Part shown: positions 8,803 to 17,699 of the stretch, piece after piece
Position numbering within the stretch: position 1 is the first letter of the stretch
Layout of the letters: every line of letters starts with the position of its first letter
From: Nitrosopumilus maritimus SCM1
GTDB lineage: Archaea; Thermoproteota; Nitrososphaeria; Nitrososphaerales; Nitrosopumilaceae
DNA: 32,000 nt
Assembly (NCBI RefSeq): GCF_000018465.1
Contig: NC_010085.1
Location: 1,500,001-1,532,000 of the forward strand
Reading direction: 5' to 3'
Position numbers and translations under genes: made by a program
Notes under the pieces: generated by a model
The model's input: only the letters and a program-made list of their open reading frames with translations
The model's database searches: none
Told to the model about the DNA's origin: nothing

Positions 8803-9615
8803 ATGAAGACTATAGCAATTTGCTCTCTCTTCGTACTATTTGCAATGGTAGCTGGATTAGTTGCAACAACGCCAGCAGCATTTGCAAACCATCCAGAAGT
8901 CACAATCGTACCAGCATCAGGTTCTGGTGCACCAGGTTGTGAAGAAACAGCAGATGGATGTTACATTCCAAGTACTGCAACAGTTGATGTTGGAGGTGTT
9001 GTAATCATGTCAAATACTGACACTGCAGCACACACATACACTTCAGGAACTCCAGATGATGGACCAGACGGTATCTTTGATACTAGTTTGTTAATGGCCG
9101 GAAGTTCATTTGAATGGAGTCCAACTGAAGAAGGTGAATATCCTTACTTCTGTATGGTACATCCTTGGATGCAAGGTACGATTATAGCTGCAGCAGCAGG
9201 AGCTGACGATCATGGTGACGATGGCGGTGAATTAATGGTTTCAATTGCAGATTCACAAGTATTGGGTGGAACACAAATTGAACTTACATTCAGCGAATTA
9301 CACGTCAACTATGACATTACTGCAACACAAGGTGGCGAAGTAGTCCTACAAGAAACTAATCAACACGCAATGGAGTCTACAGCAACGCATCAAATTGATG
9401 CACTAGGTGCTGATGACAATCCAATTGATGTAGAAATTGTTTCTCTAGGAATTGGAGCACCAGGTGCTGAAGCAGATTGGACTGGACCAACAGGTGTAGT
9501 TGCAACTGCTAAAGTTGTTCCAGAATTTGGTACAATCGTAATGATGGTACTAACTGTTGCAATCATAAGCATTGTAGCAGTAACTGCAAAATCTAGAGTT
9601 ATTCCAAGATTTTAG
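8803..9615 (+). CDS. Plastocyanin-like blue copper protein with a PEFG-CTERM sorting signal
   Basis: 270 aa. The signal peptide ends ...TPAAFA|NHPE. The cupredoxin ligand pattern is ...AAHTYTS... and YFCMVHPWMQGTI (C-x2-H-x2-M). The C-terminus VVPEFGTIVMMVLTVAIISIVAVTAKSR (PEFG at 9520-9531) is the thaumarchaeal PEFG-CTERM architecture. Confidence 0.9.
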   Translation: MKTIAICSLFVLFAMVAGLVATTPAAFANHPEVTIVPASGSGAPGCEETADGCYIPSTATVDVGGVVIMSNTDTAAHTYTSGTPDDGPDGIFDTSLLMAGSSFEWSPTEEGEYPYFCMVHPWMQGTIIAAAAGADDHGDDGGELMVSIADSQVLGGTQIELTFSELHVNYDITATQGGEVVLQETNQHAMESTATHQIDALGADDNPIDVEIVSLGIGAPGAEADWTGPTGVVATAKVVPEFGTIVMMVLTVAIISIVAVTAKSRVIPRF

Positions 9616-9628
9616 GAATACTCTTTTT

Positions 9629-10258
9629 CTATTTTCTTTTTACTAAAGCAATTATCGCTAAGATTATAGCTGCTCCAGCAATCGATAATCCAAATATTGC
9701 AAAGTCATATGCTGCACCGCCATCGGATGTTACTTCGGTTTCTCCAGACTTTAGTTTAGAAACATCTTGTTGTAATGATGAGATTGCATTCTTTAGAGCA
9801 GCAACATCAGCAGTACCTTCACTACTTGTTGGTGGAAAATCTAAGACTGCAGTTGATTCTACATCTTCAATTGGGATTTTAATATCAACTGGAACACCAC
9901 GTATTTCTCCTTTCAGTTCTATCATGTATGTTCCAGTTTTAGTAGGGATGACTGGCGAGAAATAATAACCAGGTCTAGGATCAGAATTTACTTCAATTTT
10001 CTTTGCTGCACCACCAAACATAGTAGTTACATCAACATCTTTGAAAGCGCTTGTAACTCCTGTAAAGGTACCTTCTTTTTCTCCACGCTCAATAATTTTT
10101 AGCATGAATTCATTTCTAATTCCTACAACTGGAGGTTCAACTCCCCAACCTGCTTCAATTTCGTATTGTTCGACATTAACAGTAGTATGAGCAAATGAAG
10201 GAGCTATCATCCCAATAGAGAACAACAAACCAATAATACCAAAAATTATGATTTTCAT
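9629..10258 (-). CDS. Membrane-anchored extracytoplasmic beta-sandwich protein with a predicted N-terminal His (YcnI/CopC-like by architecture only)
   Basis: The tracked ORF extends to 10321, but the ATG at 10258 gives MKIIIFGIIGLLFSIGMIAPSFA|HTTVNVEQYEIEAGWG. It has a C-terminal TM anchor, FAIFGLSIAGAAIILAIIALVKRK. It is divergent from the CopC-CopD gene. Confidence 0.7.
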   Translation of the reverse strand: MKIIIFGIIGLLFSIGMIAPSFAHTTVNVEQYEIEAGWGVEPPVVGIRNEFMLKIIERGEKEGTFTGVTSAFKDVDVTTMFGGAAKKIEVNSDPRPGYYFSPVIPTKTGTYMIELKGEIRGVPVDIKIPIEDVESTAVLDFPPTSSEGTADVAALKNAISSLQQDVSKLKSGETEVTSDGGAAYDFAIFGLSIAGAAIILAIIALVKRK

Positions 10259-10360
10259 TGCTATCATTTTATAATTACAGGTTATTATCTTTACGTGAAT
10301 TGGTACAAAGATCGAATTCATGAAAACTGTTTAAATTATGAATGATTAATTGAAGAATGA

Positions 10361-13144
10361 ATGCAAAAGTTTCTGATTGTTTTATTGATGATGTCGTTTA
10401 TTTCAATTCCATTAGCATCAGCTCATCCTTTTACTGAGGAAACTATTCCAAGTTTAACATCTAGTGCTCCAGCTGGAACAACAGAAGTTATCGTATATTT
10501 TTCAGAACCAATTGATATTAACTTTAGTGAACTCAGAGTATTTGATACAAATGGAAATCAAATAGACAACAAAGATACGGCTTACTATGAAGGAGAATTA
10601 TCTCTGATCATTACAACATCACCATTGGAAGATGGAGTTTATACTGTATCAACCAAAGTTCTCTCCAAAGTAGATGGACATCTTGTTCCAGATGCATTCT
10701 TGTTTGCAGTTGGTGATGTTGTAATTGATCCCTCATTACTTGATGTAGAACGACCATCTGAAATCATATTTTTACCCGAAGCTGGTGCTAGATTCCCAGG
10801 ACTGATTGGTCAAACAATTGTCTTAGGTGCAGTAATTGCATCACTCATAATTTGGGGAACACAGAATAAACAACTAATCAGAGAAGAATTAGATAAGATT
10901 GGAAACTTCCATCAGGGAAAGTTTATGTCAATTACAGGAATTGGGCTTGTTTTAATTTTCATTTCTAATATTTTGATGATTGCAGTTCAGAGTATAAGAC
11001 TTGGGGTTTCTCCGCTTGATGCAATTCAAACGGATTTTGGAATAACATGGATATTGAGAATGAGCATTACAATAATTATACTAGGTATTTGGTTTAGACT
11101 TGATAGAAGCAAGTCACTATCAAAAAAGAATCAAATTCTATTGTTGGGAGCAATGCTTGCATTAATTTCAACTTCAAGTTTGATTGGTCACGGTGCAGCT
11201 AGTGAAAACATACCAGCATTAATACTTGATTACATTCACAATTTAGTTTCAGGAGTTTGGATAGGCGGAATTATTTACTTCGTATTTATTTTACTTCCAA
11301 CATTCTCTCAACTAAAAGAGACACAACGAGAAAAGATGAGTCTGTTAATGATTCCTCGATTCTCAATTACATTTATCATTGCTGTAGGAGTGATCATAAT
11401 CACAGGTCCAACATTGATGTGGTTTCTAGAAAGTGATATTAGATTAATTACAGAATCGATTTATGGTCAATTAATTATTCTAAAGATTTCAATTGCAGCA
11501 GTAATAATTGCATTTGGGGGATTTTTTCAATTCAAATTACAAAAGAAGGCAGAAAAGAATCTGGAATCAGGAAAAATTTCTGTTCATAAAAAATTAAAAA
11601 AATCGCTCAAAGTTGACGTAGTACTAGGAATAGTACTTCTAGGAGTTGTTGCATTAATTACAAATGCAACACTACCAGCAGGAGAAATCCAAAAAATTGA
11701 TGCACAAGAGATAATTTACGGATTTGAAACTCTGGAATTTACTGAAAATGCAAAATTTGACATTGACATTTCGCCATTTTCAAGTGGCTCAAACACAATT
11801 CTAGTTAAAGTTAGTGACTTTGAGGGAAATCCACTCTACGATTCAAATCAGCTTAAAGTCAAGGTATCAAACCCATCAAAGAATATCTCACCAATAGAAG
11901 TACCAATGGAGATAATCAAACAGGATAAAAATAGACCAATAGAATTCAAAGGTGAAATGACATTTGGGTTTTCAGGAGAATGGTTAATGGAAGTTGAGGC
12001 ACAAAGAACTGAAAATGCAAATGAATCAAAGCTTTTGAATTTACTAGTAAAACCAAGACTGACTGACATTCAGACACAAGTTATCGAATACGAACTCCCA
12101 AAAGATTCAAAACCACTTTTCCCATTGTATGATGGACGAGATACACTTTGGGTAAGTGATGCATCAGCTCCACGTTTGTGGGAATTTTCACTTGAAACTC
12201 AAGAGTTTACATCATATTCATTTGATGGATTGACTACAACATTTCTAACACAAGACAAAGACGGTAAAATTTGGTTTACAGATACTCCCAGAAATCAAAT
12301 TGGATTCATAGACCCTCAAACAAAAGAGATTATAACAAAAACAATTCCAAAACTTGATCCTGTTATTTCAGACAATACTCCACTTTTCATAAAAGCAGAC
12401 TTTGATGGAAATATTTGGATTACAATTGTTAACAAAGACAGAATTGTAAAATATATACCAGAAAATGATGAGTTTGAAGAGATTGTTCTTCCAGGAAAAG
12501 AGAACTTGCCATTTGCATTAGATATTGATGTAGATGGAAAGATGTGGTATACAACAACTGGTGCAGGAAATATTGGATATATTGATCCTAAAGACAATCA
12601 AATTACTCAATTTTCAAATGATCCACCATTACAAGGACCTGAGGCTTTGCTCTTTGATGAAGATGGAAACATCTGGATTGCAGAGCATACAGGCTTGGCA
12701 ATTACCAAGTTTAACCCAGTTTTAGAGACATTTGAGAGAATTACCGTGCCTAATGATGAAGCATTACCGTTTGGTATGACATTTGATAGATATGGAAATG
12801 TTTGGTTTGCTCAACATACAATAGATAGTATTGGAGCATATGATCCGGATAACAATAATTTGATTGAAGTACCAGTTCCTTCAGAAACATCCTTTGTACA
12901 ATTCATGACATCAGATGGAGACAGTAATGTTTGGTTTGTTGAACAACAAACAAGTAAGATTGGTACAATAAAGATGACAGAAATTCCAGTTACTGCATCA
13001 CAAATTCAATCATCAGGAGAATTTGAATTAAAATACACAGAACTTGCATCGCCACTAATTGCATTAGGAATTATTGCAACATCTTTGTTTTATGTGAAGA
13101 GTATTCAAGATAAAAGAAGACTAAATGAATTAATTAATTCTTAG
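10361..13144 (+). CDS. CopC-CopD fusion protein extended by a beta-sandwich domain, a Vgb/NHL-like beta-propeller and a C-terminal TM anchor
   Basis: 927 aa. The signal peptide ends PLASA|HPFTEE. The CopC pattern reads (...EVIVYFSEPI...GVYTVSTKVLSKVDGHLVPDAFLFAVG). About 8 TM helices with HGAASEN form a CopD-like region (roughly aa 140-440). A sandwich domain follows at aa 455-560. Repeated propeller blades follow (DGKIWFTDTPRNQIGFIDPQTKEI, GNIWITIVNKDRIVKYIP, GKMWYTTTGAGNIGYIDP, GNIWIAEHTGLAITKFNP, GNVWFAQHTIDSIGAYDP, SNVWFVEQQTSKIGTI). The final TM is LIALGIIATSLFYV. Confidence 0.9.
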   Translation: MQKFLIVLLMMSFISIPLASAHPFTEETIPSLTSSAPAGTTEVIVYFSEPIDINFSELRVFDTNGNQIDNKDTAYYEGELSLIITTSPLEDGVYTVSTKVLSKVDGHLVPDAFLFAVGDVVIDPSLLDVERPSEIIFLPEAGARFPGLIGQTIVLGAVIASLIIWGTQNKQLIREELDKIGNFHQGKFMSITGIGLVLIFISNILMIAVQSIRLGVSPLDAIQTDFGITWILRMSITIIILGIWFRLDRSKSLSKKNQILLLGAMLALISTSSLIGHGAASENIPALILDYIHNLVSGVWIGGIIYFVFILLPTFSQLKETQREKMSLLMIPRFSITFIIAVGVIIITGPTLMWFLESDIRLITESIYGQLIILKISIAAVIIAFGGFFQFKLQKKAEKNLESGKISVHKKLKKSLKVDVVLGIVLLGVVALITNATLPAGEIQKIDAQEIIYGFETLEFTENAKFDIDISPFSSGSNTILVKVSDFEGNPLYDSNQLKVKVSNPSKNISPIEVPMEIIKQDKNRPIEFKGEMTFGFSGEWLMEVEAQRTENANESKLLNLLVKPRLTDIQTQVIEYELPKDSKPLFPLYDGRDTLWVSDASAPRLWEFSLETQEFTSYSFDGLTTTFLTQDKDGKIWFTDTPRNQIGFIDPQTKEIITKTIPKLDPVISDNTPLFIKADFDGNIWITIVNKDRIVKYIPENDEFEEIVLPGKENLPFALDIDVDGKMWYTTTGAGNIGYIDPKDNQITQFSNDPPLQGPEALLFDEDGNIWIAEHTGLAITKFNPVLETFERITVPNDEALPFGMTFDRYGNVWFAQHTIDSIGAYDPDNNNLIEVPVPSETSFVQFMTSDGDSNVWFVEQQTSKIGTIKMTEIPVTASQIQSSGEFELKYTELASPLIALGIIATSLFYVKSIQDKRRLNELINS

Positions 13145-13952
13145 AAAGTAGTCCAACAGATTTTATTCCCATGGTACTAGCTAGTAATCCAATTGAGATC
13201 AAAACAATCGTTCCTGCAGGAGTAATATCAAAGATGTAAGAAACTAAAATTCCTGTAACAACTGAGAAAATTGAAAAACTCATAGAAATAATTGCAGTTT
13301 GTTTGAAACCCTTACCATACATTATTGCGGATACATTAGGAATTACAAATAGGGCAGAAATTAATAAAACACCAACAAGTTGAATTGAAGTAACAACAGT
13401 AATTCCTGCCATAAACACTATAAGGTAATTTATTTTTTCTACAGGAATTCCGCTAACTTTAGCTTGTTCTTCATTAAATGTAGAATAAAGAATCTGACGA
13501 TACAACACCAATAGCACAATTAGAATTGCACCAGTAAGAGCAAGTATCAAAACTGTGTCATCAACACTGACAAGTAGAATACTACCAAAGAGAAAACTAA
13601 AGATATCAATTGTAAATCCCCCGGATAATCCAATAACTACGAGCCCAACTGCTATACCTGAGGACAAAAGTACTGCTATTGATGCATCACCTGATATGTT
13701 GAATCGGTCTTTGATTCTTGTAATGATTAATGCACTGACAATTGATACGCCATATGCTGTCCATAATGGATAGACTCCTGCCAAAAGACCTAATGCAATT
13801 CCACCAAAAGATGAATGTGCTATTGCATCACCAAATAGAGAATAACGTCTAAGAACTAAGAACAATCCTACAACCGAACAAAGAATTGCAATAGCAATTC
13901 CAGAAATTAATGCTCTATGCATAAAACTATAGGTTAGAATTTCAAAAGACAT
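13134..13952 (-). CDS. Metal ABC transporter permease (ABC-3 / ZnuB-TroD family)
   Basis: 272 aa, polytopic. The N-terminus FMHRALISGIAIAILCSVVGLFLVLRRYSLFGDAIAHSSFGG is typical of the ABC-3 family. It is the last gene of a three-gene operon. Confidence 0.9.
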   Translation of the reverse strand: MSFEILTYSFMHRALISGIAIAILCSVVGLFLVLRRYSLFGDAIAHSSFGGIALGLLAGVYPLWTAYGVSIVSALIITRIKDRFNISGDASIAVLLSSGIAVGLVVIGLSGGFTIDIFSFLFGSILLVSVDDTVLILALTGAILIVLLVLYRQILYSTFNEEQAKVSGIPVEKINYLIVFMAGITVVTSIQLVGVLLISALFVIPNVSAIMYGKGFKQTAIISMSFSIFSVVTGILVSYIFDITPAGTIVLISIGLLASTMGIKSVGLLSKN

Positions 13953-13954
13953 GA

Positions 13955-14677
13955 TTAATGATGATGCATATGCTCCTGCATAGATGCTTCAGAATACTGT
14001 TTGACAAGCTCATCATCAGAGAAGAATTTTTCAGATTCTCCATGGAAGAATAACGTTCTGTTAAGACAAGCAACATGATTAGCTAGTTGGTTTACTGCAT
14101 CCAAATCATGAGAAGACCAAATGATTGTAATTTTTTGTTTAGAGTTTAGTTCACGTAAGATACTGTAGAATAATTCTATACTTTGCTGATCAATTCCTGT
14201 AATCGGTTCATCTAAAATCAAAAGTTTTGGATTATTTACCAAAGCTTTTGCAATAAAGACTCGTTGTAGTTGTCCTCCTGATAATTCTCCTATTCTTCTA
14301 TTTCGGAGTTCATGTATCCACAATTGTTGCAAAATTTCATTAATTTTATTTTCATCAGATTCATTTCTCAGTCCCATCCTAACAACATCAGTAACAGTTG
14401 CCGGAAAATTTTTTTCAAAAATTGGTTTTTGGGGAACATATCCAATTTCTTTAAGATAATTTTTTGAAATTCTGATATCCTTATCAAAAAATTTGATTTC
14501 ACCTTTGTACTTTGTATTGAGACCAAGCATGCAATCAAAAAGAGTGGATTTTCCAGCGCCATTTGGGCCAATTATGCCTAGAAAATTACCTTGATTAACC
14601 ACAAAACTGACATCATCAAGAGCTTTTACGTCAGGATATTGAACTGAAAGGTTACTTATTTCAACTGCTTTCAACAC
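13955..14677 (-). CDS. Metal ABC transporter ATP-binding protein (ZnuC/TroB-like)
   Basis: 240 aa. It has Walker A GPNGAGKST, signature LSGGQLQR, Walker B LLILDEP, and a His-rich tail MQEHMHHH. Confidence 0.9.
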   Translation of the reverse strand: MLKAVEISNLSVQYPDVKALDDVSFVVNQGNFLGIIGPNGAGKSTLFDCMLGLNTKYKGEIKFFDKDIRISKNYLKEIGYVPQKPIFEKNFPATVTDVVRMGLRNESDENKINEILQQLWIHELRNRRIGELSGGQLQRVFIAKALVNNPKLLILDEPITGIDQQSIELFYSILRELNSKQKITIIWSSHDLDAVNQLANHVACLNRTLFFHGESEKFFSDDELVKQYSEASMQEHMHHH

Positions 14678-15591
14678 AAGGCCTCCTGTAGATTCTCAAG
14701 ATTTTGTTTCATTTTAGAAATGTATGTCCCTTCAGATGCAATTTCTAATGGAGAGAGGACCAAAACTTGTCCACCAATTTCATGTGCAATGGTTTCAGAA
14801 GTTCTAGTGTCAACTGTTTCTTCACTAAAAATTATTTTAATATTATGTTCTTTAGCTGTTGAAATTACATTTTCTAATGTTTTTGCAGTTGCTTCTCCGT
14901 GTGGATCAGTTGAAGATAGAATTGTATGTTGATGTAAATCATATTCATCTGCAAAATATGAAAAAGCATCATGAAATGCAATAAAATCGGAATTACAATT
15001 AGACAAATCATTTCTAATTTGTAAATCCAATAAAGTTAGTTCTTGAATGTAAGATTCTGCATTAGATTGATAATATTGTTGATTTTCTGGATCATGTTTT
15101 GAAAATTCATCAGCAATATTTTGAACTTGGATTTTTGCAAAAACTGGATTTAACCAAATATGAGGATCTCCTGTTTCACGATTAGGTTCATCCATATGTT
15201 CATCTTCTTCATATTCTTTTACTAAAATTCCATTACTTGTGTCAACAATATTTCCTTGATAGTTATTCTCATCAAGTTTATCTACCCAGTCTTCAAAACC
15301 AATTCCATTAATAATTATCATATCAGATATTTGCATTTTTTGAACATCTTTGATTGTTGGTTCCCAATCATGAGGTTCAACTCCAACTGGAACAAGCAAT
15401 ATTGCATCAACTTTGTCTTGTCCTATATTTTGTACAAATTCATGTAACGGATCAAATGATGAAATTACTTGTAATTTTGACTTTTCAGAATATATTGAAT
15501 CTGTATTTGGACTTATTCCATAAACTGCAAAGGAACTTAATGGAATTACTACTGCAATTGCAATTATCGCAAGTTTGGTTTGTGTATTCAT
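14671..15591 (-). CDS. Metal ABC transporter substrate-binding protein (TroA/ZnuA cluster A-I)
   Basis: 306 aa with a signal/anchor helix. It carries HDWEP, an acidic/His loop EEDEHMDEPNRETGDPHIWLNP, and FHDAFSYF, which are hallmarks of the ZnuA/TroA family. It overlaps the ATPase gene by 7 nt. Confidence 0.9.
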   Translation of the reverse strand: MNTQTKLAIIAIAVVIPLSSFAVYGISPNTDSIYSEKSKLQVISSFDPLHEFVQNIGQDKVDAILLVPVGVEPHDWEPTIKDVQKMQISDMIIINGIGFEDWVDKLDENNYQGNIVDTSNGILVKEYEEDEHMDEPNRETGDPHIWLNPVFAKIQVQNIADEFSKHDPENQQYYQSNAESYIQELTLLDLQIRNDLSNCNSDFIAFHDAFSYFADEYDLHQHTILSSTDPHGEATAKTLENVISTAKEHNIKIIFSEETVDTRTSETIAHEIGGQVLVLSPLEIASEGTYISKMKQNLENLQEALC

Positions 15592-15632
15592 GAAGCAATT
15601 AATCGAAATTTTATTAATAAATCTATAAAATC

Positions 15633-15678
15633 TTAATAATATTAATTACTAAACTTATAAGATAATTAATAATATTAA
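15633..15678. promoter_or_regulatory. Two exact copies of TTAATAATATTAA in the divergent promoter between the ABC operon and the nikR-like gene
   Basis: Exact 13-mers lie at 15633-15645 and 15666-15678, 33 bp centre to centre, each containing the palindrome TAATATTA. One copy lies just upstream of the likely TATA of the ABC operon. The other lies between the likely TATA and the ATG of the nikR-like gene. The very AT-rich background weakens the significance. Confidence 0.3.
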
Positions 15679-15682
15679 ACAT

Positions 15683-16066
15683 ATGCCAATAGTCTCAATC
15701 TCACTAAATGATGAGATCCTATCTGAATTAGACAAACTCCAATCAAGTATGGGATTTACAGGTAGATCAGAGGCGATCAGAGCAGGAATTAGAGCATTTG
15801 TTTCAGAAGAAAAACAAAAGGCAGATTTGTCGGGCAACATTCATGCAATTCTTTTGGTAGTACACAATGATGAGTTTGATCATGTTGTTTCTGGAATAAC
15901 TCACAACTTTGAAGATTTGATCACGACACATCTTCACAGCAAAATTGACAAGGAAAAATGCATGGAGCTTTTTGTAATTGATGGAGATGCAGAGAAAGTT
16001 TCGACCATGACAAAAGATTTTCAAATAAACAAGAATATGGATACAGTGAAGTTAGTAGCTCTTTGA
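15683..16066 (+). CDS. nikR: NikR-family ribbon-helix-helix metalloregulator
   Basis: 127 aa. The N-terminal RHH is VSISLNDEILSELDKLQSSMGFTGRSEAIRAGIRAFV. The C-terminal ACT-like domain has spaced His/Cys residues (HAILLVVHNDEFDHV...HLHSKIDKEKC). The gene is divergent from a metal ABC importer. Confidence 0.8.
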   Translation: MPIVSISLNDEILSELDKLQSSMGFTGRSEAIRAGIRAFVSEEKQKADLSGNIHAILLVVHNDEFDHVVSGITHNFEDLITTHLHSKIDKEKCMELFVIDGDAEKVSTMTKDFQINKNMDTVKLVAL

Positions 16067-16197
16067 AAAATAATCCAAATGCTGAAAATTTTCAAGAAGA
16101 ATTATGTTTTATTATTGTACTAACAATTGCTTGTAAATTTTCACAATAGTAGAGTTTTAAGTGAACAATACCAAAAATACTTTCAGGCCATAGTAGA

Positions 16198-16479
16198 TTG
16201 AAACATATCATATTGCTAGGAATTCTAGCCGTATCAATAGTTATTGGATTTTTTAGTATTCAGTATATTATGGATTCAGATTTTGATATGATGAAAATGT
16301 TTTGTGAGAAACATGATGATCAAATGTATGAATTAGCAGAAAAAATGAGAGATGTTAGATTATTACAAAAAGAACCAAATCTAGGAAGCGATGAATATGA
16401 TAGGTTAGAACAAGAATTTCAAAAATTTACTGATCAAGCATTAGAGAGAAAAAAATGGTATGTTGAAAATTGTGTATAA
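16198..16479 (+). CDS. Hypothetical membrane-anchored helical protein
   Basis: 93 aa from a TTG start, with one N-terminal TM helix and then a charged helical region with two Cys. I did not recognise a family. Confidence 0.45.
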   Translation: MKHIILLGILAVSIVIGFFSIQYIMDSDFDMMKMFCEKHDDQMYELAEKMRDVRLLQKEPNLGSDEYDRLEQEFQKFTDQALERKKWYVENCV

Positions 16480-16564
16480 TTTCTATAGACTAGAGTAATT
16501 TTTGAAGATATTAGGTTGGGTCATACACAGTTTTACCAAATATTTGGCATTGTATAAAATGGAG

Positions 16565-16792
16565 TTAATGTCTAGATACATTTTTTCGTGTGTGAAATGA
16601 TTTTCGATATTTGCTTGTTCTAGGAGTCACACGTAAGACACAACTACAGCAAGGACATCTCACATCAAGGCAAATCATAAAAACATCACATACTGGACAT
16701 CGTTTTTGATTGTTTTCATATTTGATGGTTTGGCCCTTGATTTTTATTTTGAGTCTTTCACACTTACCTTTACACAAATTCATTGTAAACAT
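16565..16792 (-). CDS. Small basic Cys-rich zinc-ribbon protein (copy 1)
   Basis: 75 aa with CKGKC...CPVC...CPCCSC and then the basic tail LRVTPRTSKYRK. It is clearly homologous to 28638-28874. It is divergent from a DsbA-like gene. Confidence 0.65.
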   Translation of the reverse strand: MFTMNLCKGKCERLKIKIKGQTIKYENNQKRCPVCDVFMICLDVRCPCCSCVLRVTPRTSKYRKSFHTRKNVSRH

Positions 16793-16879
16793 CCATTATT
16801 TTTAATATCAATCAAACTTTGATTTGCAAAGTATACCAAATAAATATACAAATTAAAATAAATTTGTTAGTGAAAACTT

Positions 16880-17671
16880 TTGGAAAGTAAAGAGAATGTA
16901 AATAAGATAATTGTAAAAAAATCAACTTTTACGAGTTTGGTGGTTGTACTAGTAATAACAATTGCAATTTCTGCTTTCTTTGCAGGCAATTATGTTTCAA
17001 ACATGAATTCTGATAAAGTTACACAATCAGATCTTAATAATGCATTTGCAAAACTAGAAGAAAAAATTGGAACCAGTACTCAACCATCTATTCAACCAAA
17101 TACACAACCGATCAAAGTCTCAATAGATGATGATCCTATGAAAGGAGACCCAAATGCTCCAATTACCATCATAGAATTTTCGGATTATGAATGTCCATTT
17201 TGTGGAAAATTTTACACAGATACACTTCCTTTAATTGAAGAAAATTACATCAACACAGGAAAAGTAAATTTTGTTTACAGAGATTTTCCAATTCAAAGTA
17301 TACATCCTAATGCTGTCCATACAGCAATGGCTGCAGAATGTGCAGATGACCAAGAAATGTTTTGGCCATATCATGATATGATTTTTGAGAATAAAAGTAC
17401 GTGGGAAAAACAAAGAGGTCAAAGTCTAGTAAGTGAGTTGGTACAATATGCAGATGTTCTTGGATTAGATACTGAAGAATTTACCACATGTCTAGAATCA
17501 AACAAACATCTTGATGAAGTAAGAAATGATCTACAAGATGGACAAAGTTATGGAATTAGTGGCACCCCTGGATTTTTTATTGGAAATGATAATTCAGGAT
17601 ACATCAAAGTTTCAGGAGCAAAACCATATCAAACTTTTGCAGAAATTCTAGAAGGGATGCTAAGACGATGA
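16880..17671 (+). CDS. Membrane-anchored DsbA/BdbD-like thiol:disulfide oxidoreductase (copy 1)
   Basis: 263 aa. TTG is the only start upstream of the TM anchor. The thioredoxin-fold motif is ITIIEFSDYECPFCGKFY, followed by GISGTPGFFIG (cis-Pro loop). Confidence 0.85.
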   Translation: MESKENVNKIIVKKSTFTSLVVVLVITIAISAFFAGNYVSNMNSDKVTQSDLNNAFAKLEEKIGTSTQPSIQPNTQPIKVSIDDDPMKGDPNAPITIIEFSDYECPFCGKFYTDTLPLIEENYINTGKVNFVYRDFPIQSIHPNAVHTAMAAECADDQEMFWPYHDMIFENKSTWEKQRGQSLVSELVQYADVLGLDTEEFTTCLESNKHLDEVRNDLQDGQSYGISGTPGFFIGNDNSGYIKVSGAKPYQTFAEILEGMLRR

Positions 17672-17699
17672 TTGTGTAATTAAATGTCACATACAGGTG

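Noticed and set aside
12085-13000. The beta-propeller domains (also 30045-31619), considered as virginiamycin B lyase, that is, an antibiotic-resistance function.
   Set aside because: Only the generic blade signature is shared. The domains are exported and membrane-tethered and sit in a copper context, which argues against a cytoplasmic streptogramin lyase.
16536-16547. A perfect 12-bp palindrome, CCAAATATTTGG, between convergent genes.
   Set aside because: It could be a bidirectional terminator stem or a binding site. However, it is a single short AT-rich palindrome without a second copy or flanking T-tract evidence.
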